Origin: Nitrososphaeria archaeon
GTDB taxonomy: Archaea; Thermoproteota; Nitrososphaeria; JACIWG01
Direction: 5' to 3'
Assembly: GCA_963752255.1 (NCBI GenBank)
Contig: CAVVXT010000005.1
Coordinates: 10,117 to 74,116 of the forward strand
DNA: 64,000 nt
The translations under genes were made by a program, and so were the position numbers. Shown here in pieces: positions 59,400 through 64,000 of this stretch; position 1 is the first letter of the stretch, and each line of letters starts with the position of its first letter. Below the pieces are notes generated by a model. That model had not been told where the DNA came from, did not search any database, and saw only the letters and a program-made list of their open reading frames with translations.

Positions 59400-61158
59400 T
59401 CGAAAAAAATTCCCTCAACAATATATTATATCTGGATCTTACTAGGAAGCGCTTCTGGATCGACGAGCGAAGGGATCTTTTCGAAGAATATCTGGGCGGT
59501 ATAGGTGTGGCTTCAAAGCTTCTCATTGGAGAATGCGCCCAAGGGGTGGACCCACTTTCTCCAGAAAAATGTCATAGTGTTTGCTGTAGGTCCCCTTAAT
59601 GGTTTGTTCCCCCTCGACATCGAAGACTGTCAGCTGCTTTAAATCTCCTCTTACAAAAAATTATGGAGAAAGTCATGCTGGAGGAAGGAGCTCCATAGCC
59701 ATCAGACTCGCGGGCTATGGTGCTATTGTGATAAAAGGTGCAAGTGACTATCCTATCTATATCTCTATTCATGGAAAGAATGTGAACTTCAGGGATGCTT
59801 CGGCGTTGTGGGGTGTTAGAAGTAGCATAACTGTTGGGAGAGTTTTAAGGAATGTTGAAGAAGGTGCGGGCATCCGCACTATTATGCGAATAGGTGGAGC
59901 TGGAGAAAATCTTGTATCCTATGCTTCTGTTAATACCGAAACCTATCGCCATTTTGGGCGATTAGGTTTAGGAGCTGTGTTTGGTAGCAAGAAGTTGAAG
60001 GCACTCGTGATTTCTGGGAAGACTACGGTTCCTGTATCTGACAAGAGACTTTACAGGGAAGTCTATGATAAGATTTATGATGCTGCGACAAAATCTCCTG
60101 TTATGAAAAAGTATCATGATTTAGGAACTGCTTCGAATATTAATCCATTGAATGTTATGAAGGCTCTACCAACAAAAAATCTTAAGGAATCTTACTTTGA
60201 TTCTGCTGAAAGAATTTCTGGCGAATATTTGGCTGAAAAATATCTTGGGCGTCGCACCGCTTGTGCACACTGTCCTGTTGCATGTATACATCTTGCTGCC
60301 TTAAGGGAGCCTTATGCTAATGAACCATACTTTTATAAGACAACCATGACATCATATGATTACGAACTTCTTTATTCGCTTGGATCTATGTTAGGTGTTG
60401 ACGATACAGAGGCTGTCCTTAAGCTCATTAATGAAGTTGAAATATGGGGGCTTGATGCCATGATGGTTGGAACTGTTCTTTCTTGGATAACCGAAGCCTT
60501 CGAAAGAGGAATCATCAACGAAGATCAGACGATGGGACTTAAGGTAAAATGGGGTGTCGACGACGAATATGCTAAGGCAATAAGGTACATCGTCACACAG
60601 CCGAACGACTTCTACAAGATAGCGGCAAAGGGTCTACAGAGTCTAGTGGAACAATATGGTGGAGATAATTTTGCTTTGACTTATGGTGGAAATGGAATGC
60701 CAGGATACCATACTGGGCCAGCTGCACACCTAACATACATTACTGGTGCCAGACATAGTCATCTTGACAGTGCAGGTTATAGTCTAGACCAAGAAGGCTT
60801 GAAGAAAGGCCTGCCTTCAGTCAAAGAACTGGTAACAGATCTGTATCTTGAAGAATCCTGGAGACAGATCCTATCAAGTCTTGTTGTTTGCTTTTTTTCA
60901 CGAGGACTTTACACTCCTCAACTGGTTTCGGAAGCGCTAAAGGTTGCAGGATCAAGCCTATCTGAAGAGGACCTAAACAAGCTCGGCAAGAAGATTCTCG
61001 GGAACAAGAACCATTTCAAGGAACAAGAGGGCTTTAACATGTTAGCCTTAAAGTTTCCGAGAAGGATATTTGATCTACCAACACCACATGGTACACTAGA
61101 TGAACAGCAACTCAAAGAAGCCGTAGCACTCTATTACTCCCTCCTTTATAATACGTGA
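59396..61158 (+). pseudogene. Aldehyde:ferredoxin oxidoreductase family, with two frameshifts at homopolymers
   Basis: The N-terminus reads ...DPLSPE, then NVIVFAVGPLNGLFP, then STSKTVSCFKSPLTKNYGESHAGG, in three successive frames. The shifts lie at A5 (59565-59569) and C5 (59609-59613). The rest of the AOR body is intact. Confidence 0.85.
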
Positions 61159-61324
61159 ACCTTTAGAGAATTAAGCAGCATCAGACGATATATTTAGCAT
61201 GCTTTGATGAAGTAGTCGTGTTGCTGAAAGCGTTGTGTGGATGTAATTACGTACGCCGAAGGAAGTAAGATGTGAGTTTAGAATCTTAAATATATGTTGT
61301 TATTAACTAATATTGGTGAAGTGA

Positions 61325-61792
61325 ATGTCAACGATATCAAACAGGCCAACGACCGCCTTTATTCTCTCTCTCATAGGTGGTATTTTTGTTCTACTGGTAG
61401 GTCTAGCCTTGGCTGTAATCGGAGCTGCTGTGACTTTCTTTATAGCAGGCATTGGAGGAATATTCGGCTTATGGGGTGTAGTTTGTGGAATCATAATGAT
61501 TGTAGGTGGTACTATGATGAATGGCCATCCAAATCAGCATGCTATGTGGGGTACAATCGTGTTGATTTTTTCCATTCTCAGCCTTGCATCATCAGGAGGG
61601 CTAATAATAGGTTTCATCCTTGGTCTAATCGGAGGTGCTTCAGGTATCGCTTGGAGACCACAAATGGTTGAACCCCTGCAAAGGGTTACGCCCACCCAAA
61701 CCATGAATCTTCGTATATGCACTAACTGCGGGAACGCTGTCGATACGAATGCACATTTTTGCCCTACCTGTGGTAAAGAATTGCCTGCATAA
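61325..61792 (+). CDS. Membrane protein with a C-terminal zinc ribbon
   Basis: Four Gly-rich TM segments, then CTNCG...FCPTCG. Confidence 0.65.
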   Translation: MSTISNRPTTAFILSLIGGIFVLLVGLALAVIGAAVTFFIAGIGGIFGLWGVVCGIIMIVGGTMMNGHPNQHAMWGTIVLIFSILSLASSGGLIIGFILGLIGGASGIAWRPQMVEPLQRVTPTQTMNLRICTNCGNAVDTNAHFCPTCGKELPA

Positions 61793-61928
61793 TCCTCGAT
61801 TAAAAGGGATCGCGATCTGTCAGTTTATGGAACATATGTAGCAACCATTTGATTCGTCCTCTTTATCGCATTCTTCTACGACAAAATTCAAGTTAAACGT
61901 GCTTATATATCAAAAAGTTAAATAGAGA

Positions 61929-62699
61929 ATGCGTGATGATATGCTATCATTTTATGCATTCATTTCTTCTTTCGGACTTTATAGTCTACTAAGGCTGATG
62001 GATGTCTGGTCAACCAAACTTTGTGTTGCTCGACTTGATCCTGAACTTCATGAAGTTAATCCGATTGCAGCACCACTGATCAAAAAAATCGGTTTTAATA
62101 AAACTATGATATTAACCTGGATACCTTTTGCTTTAGTCATAGGATTTATCGACGCATTTTTTCTTTACCCAGTGCTTGGAATCATAGTATTATGGCTTTT
62201 CTTTGGTTTATTCCATCTGATAGCTGCTGCAAACAATATGCAAATCTACTATCAGGTTAAAATCTTTGGTCAAAAAGCAATAGAAGAAAGTATGAGACGA
62301 GTGATAGCTTTGTTGAAACCAATGTCAACTTATCAGAAGGTAATCTTCGTAATAAAGACGAATTTTCTAAATCTTTTCCTTGCTATTTACGGAATTACAA
62401 CTCTAGTTTTATTTTCGTTTTTAATTCCTTCACTGAGCATTTTTATCAGAACCTCTATTCCTGCATTGTTAGTAATTGCGCCTCCCATAATGGTGCTGGA
62501 TCTTATCATATTTTTTCCTACACTAGTATTTGGTTCCCTAATTATTTCTATGCGAAGGGTTAGAAAAATCAAAGAACAGGTCACAACTAAAAACGAAGGC
62601 AATAGTATAACAATTTCATTAGAATTCGCAGAACAAATAATTCAAGAAGCCAGAGAAAAAGGGGCTAATTATGTCCAGCTTCCCGTTCCTAGTGAGTGA
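61929..62699 (+). CDS. Polytopic membrane protein (DUF5658-like N-terminus)
   Basis: LLRLMDVWSTKLCV...HEVNPIAAPLI pattern and about 6 TM segments. The family name is recalled from memory. Confidence 0.55.
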   Translation: MRDDMLSFYAFISSFGLYSLLRLMDVWSTKLCVARLDPELHEVNPIAAPLIKKIGFNKTMILTWIPFALVIGFIDAFFLYPVLGIIVLWLFFGLFHLIAAANNMQIYYQVKIFGQKAIEESMRRVIALLKPMSTYQKVIFVIKTNFLNLFLAIYGITTLVLFSFLIPSLSIFIRTSIPALLVIAPPIMVLDLIIFFPTLVFGSLIISMRRVRKIKEQVTTKNEGNSITISLEFAEQIIQEAREKGANYVQLPVPSE

Positions 62700-62977
62700 A
62701 GGACAAGTTAAGAAAAGAACAACTTATCATCAATCATAACATTGGAAAGTACATCCCTTTTCCCAATTAGTCCTCTTTTTCTTCGACTACTCCCTCAGCC
62801 CTAATTTTAGCATTCAAGAGAATTATACGTAATCTGCAATCTTTAATTTTCGACTAGAATGCGTCAGCAATGATAAGGACAGCCATCCTTGTTCTGTTCA
62901 AATTAATCTCCCTTAAGTCTTATCAGAACCTAGAATAGAAAAGGATAATTAATGGACATTTCAGCACTTTAACTATA

Positions 62978-63051
62978 GGGCCTGTAGCTCAGCCAGGTAG
63001 AGCATCGGACTTTTAATCCGAGGGTCGAGGGTCCGAATCCCCCCAGGCCCG
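62978..63051 (+). tRNA. tRNA-Lys (anticodon UUU) with a non-canonical T arm
   Basis: Cloverleaf folded by hand: acceptor GGGCCTG/CAGGCCC, D arm GCTC-AGCCAGGTA-GAGC, anticodon arm TCGGA-CTTTTAA-TCCGA, T arm GAGGG-TCCGAAT-CCCCC (A50:C64 mismatch and C at position 55). No encoded CCA. Confidence 0.8.
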
Positions 63052-63094
63052 CCTTAATTATTAAGGGTTTATTAACACGATTTGGTATCCAATA

Positions 63095-64000
63095 TGGTGG
63101 TGTGGGGAGTTGGTTAGGAGGAGTCCCTATCTGGGGCTTTTTGATGATGTGGAAGTGAGGAGGTGGTTTGAGAATCTGGAACGGGGCAGTCCCATAACTT
63201 CACGAGTGTATAGGAGGAGGCTGGGCTTTTTCTGCGGGCATTATGGTGTTACGCCGAAGGAGCTGGCATCGAAGGATGTTAGGGAGATTGAGAATATGAT
63301 CCAGGACTTCTTTTCCTTCTTGGAAGGGAAGGGTAGGGCCCCGGGTCTCCTGTTGAGCTATAAGAAGGCTGTTAGGTCGTGGTGTGAGTGGAGCGGTAAG
63401 CTTCTTCAGAGGAGGATCAAGGTCAAGGATTCGGGCAGGACACCCACATTAGAGGGTGAAGTAATACCTACACAGGAGCAGCTACGCCAGACACTTTATT
63501 CGGATAGGACGCCGATCAGGACGAGGGTTGTAATCGCGCTCATGGCTTTTTCGGGGCTAAGGTTTCAGAGCATGGGCAACTTTGACGGCTCTGACGGTCT
63601 AAAGGTTGGCGATATGCCTGAACTTGTTGTCGAGGACGGTAGGGTGACGCTTAAAAGAATCCCAGCCGAGATAATAGTGAGACCTAACCTGAACAAGGCT
63701 AGGCACAGATATGTAACCTTCTTGAACGAAGAAGGCTGTAGGCTCGTCGAGGAGTATCTGAATAGGCGCTTAAATTCTGGTGAGAAGATAGATCAGGACA
63801 CGCCAGTGATAGCTACATCGAAGTTTTATGACGCAAGAGGTAAGCCTAGCAGCAAACCGAGTAACGGGAGTGTGAAGTCTATGACGAGCGACAAGATAAG
63901 GGATAATGTTAGAGAAGCTTTAAGAGACTTAGGATTCAGGTGGCGGCCCTACATATTCAGAAGCTTCTTCGACACACAGCTCATGCTCGCTGATAGCAGG
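63095..64000 (+). CDS. Tyrosine recombinase / integrase (partial, runs off the window)
   Basis: Hand translation from ATG 63095 stays open for 302 codons to the window end. ALMAFSGLRFQSMGN (Arg box region) and RWRPYIFRSFFDTQLMLA (HxxR-type box) parallel the remnant at 7255-7992. Confidence 0.85.

Larger units (their letters stand above)
62978..64000 (+). mobile_element. Probable left boundary of a tRNA-Lys-targeted integrated element (continues beyond the window)
   Basis: The integrase gene starts 44 nt after the tRNA 3' end. GC is visibly higher from about 63060 onward. Confidence 0.5.

Noticed and set aside
61294-61671. A 125-aa ORF overlapping 61325..61792.
   Set aside because: The 61325 frame gives Gly-rich TM helices and a zinc ribbon, whereas the other frame is Cys/Arg/Trp-rich noise.
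1-64000. Search for CRISPR arrays, rRNA genes and recognisable defence systems (large ATPase/nuclease operons).
   Set aside because: The only tandem repeats have units of 4, 10 and 12 bp, with no spacers. No cas-like, restriction, Argonaute or large NTPase genes were recognised in the translations.

Overview
Probably an archaeal chromosome segment. GC looks about 40% by eye. Supporting gene content: a GH57 amylase-family enzyme, an aldehyde:ferredoxin oxidoreductase, a CxxC-x17-CxxC protein, an NfeD/stomatin pair, an archaeal-looking tRNA and many TTG/GTG starts. I count about 65 protein-coding loci, mostly ordinary redox, transport, sugar/acid catabolism and surface-protein genes. No rRNA, CRISPR array or recognisable defence system was seen. 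Five things stand out. (1) The left 8 kb looks like a decayed integrated element: a four-gene operon of uncharacterised coiled-coil proteins, a 700-bp ORF-free gap holding a 10-bp phased GTTG(AT) repeat array, a very AT-rich island of membrane proteins, a short repeat family, and an N-terminally truncated tyrosine recombinase. (2) The right edge has a tRNA-Lys(UUU) with a non-canonical T arm, followed directly by a GC-richer tyrosine recombinase that runs off the window, which suggests the start of another integrated element. (3) There are unusually many disrupted genes: at least 9 frameshifted and at least 6 truncated remnants. (4) A wHTH regulator and the nearby GH57 enzyme share a C-terminal domain. 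(5) A soluble protein made of three tandem CDF C-terminal-like domains sits next to mgtA. All family calls come from reading motifs in the supplied translations. No searches or folding were run, so the novelty claims are hypotheses.
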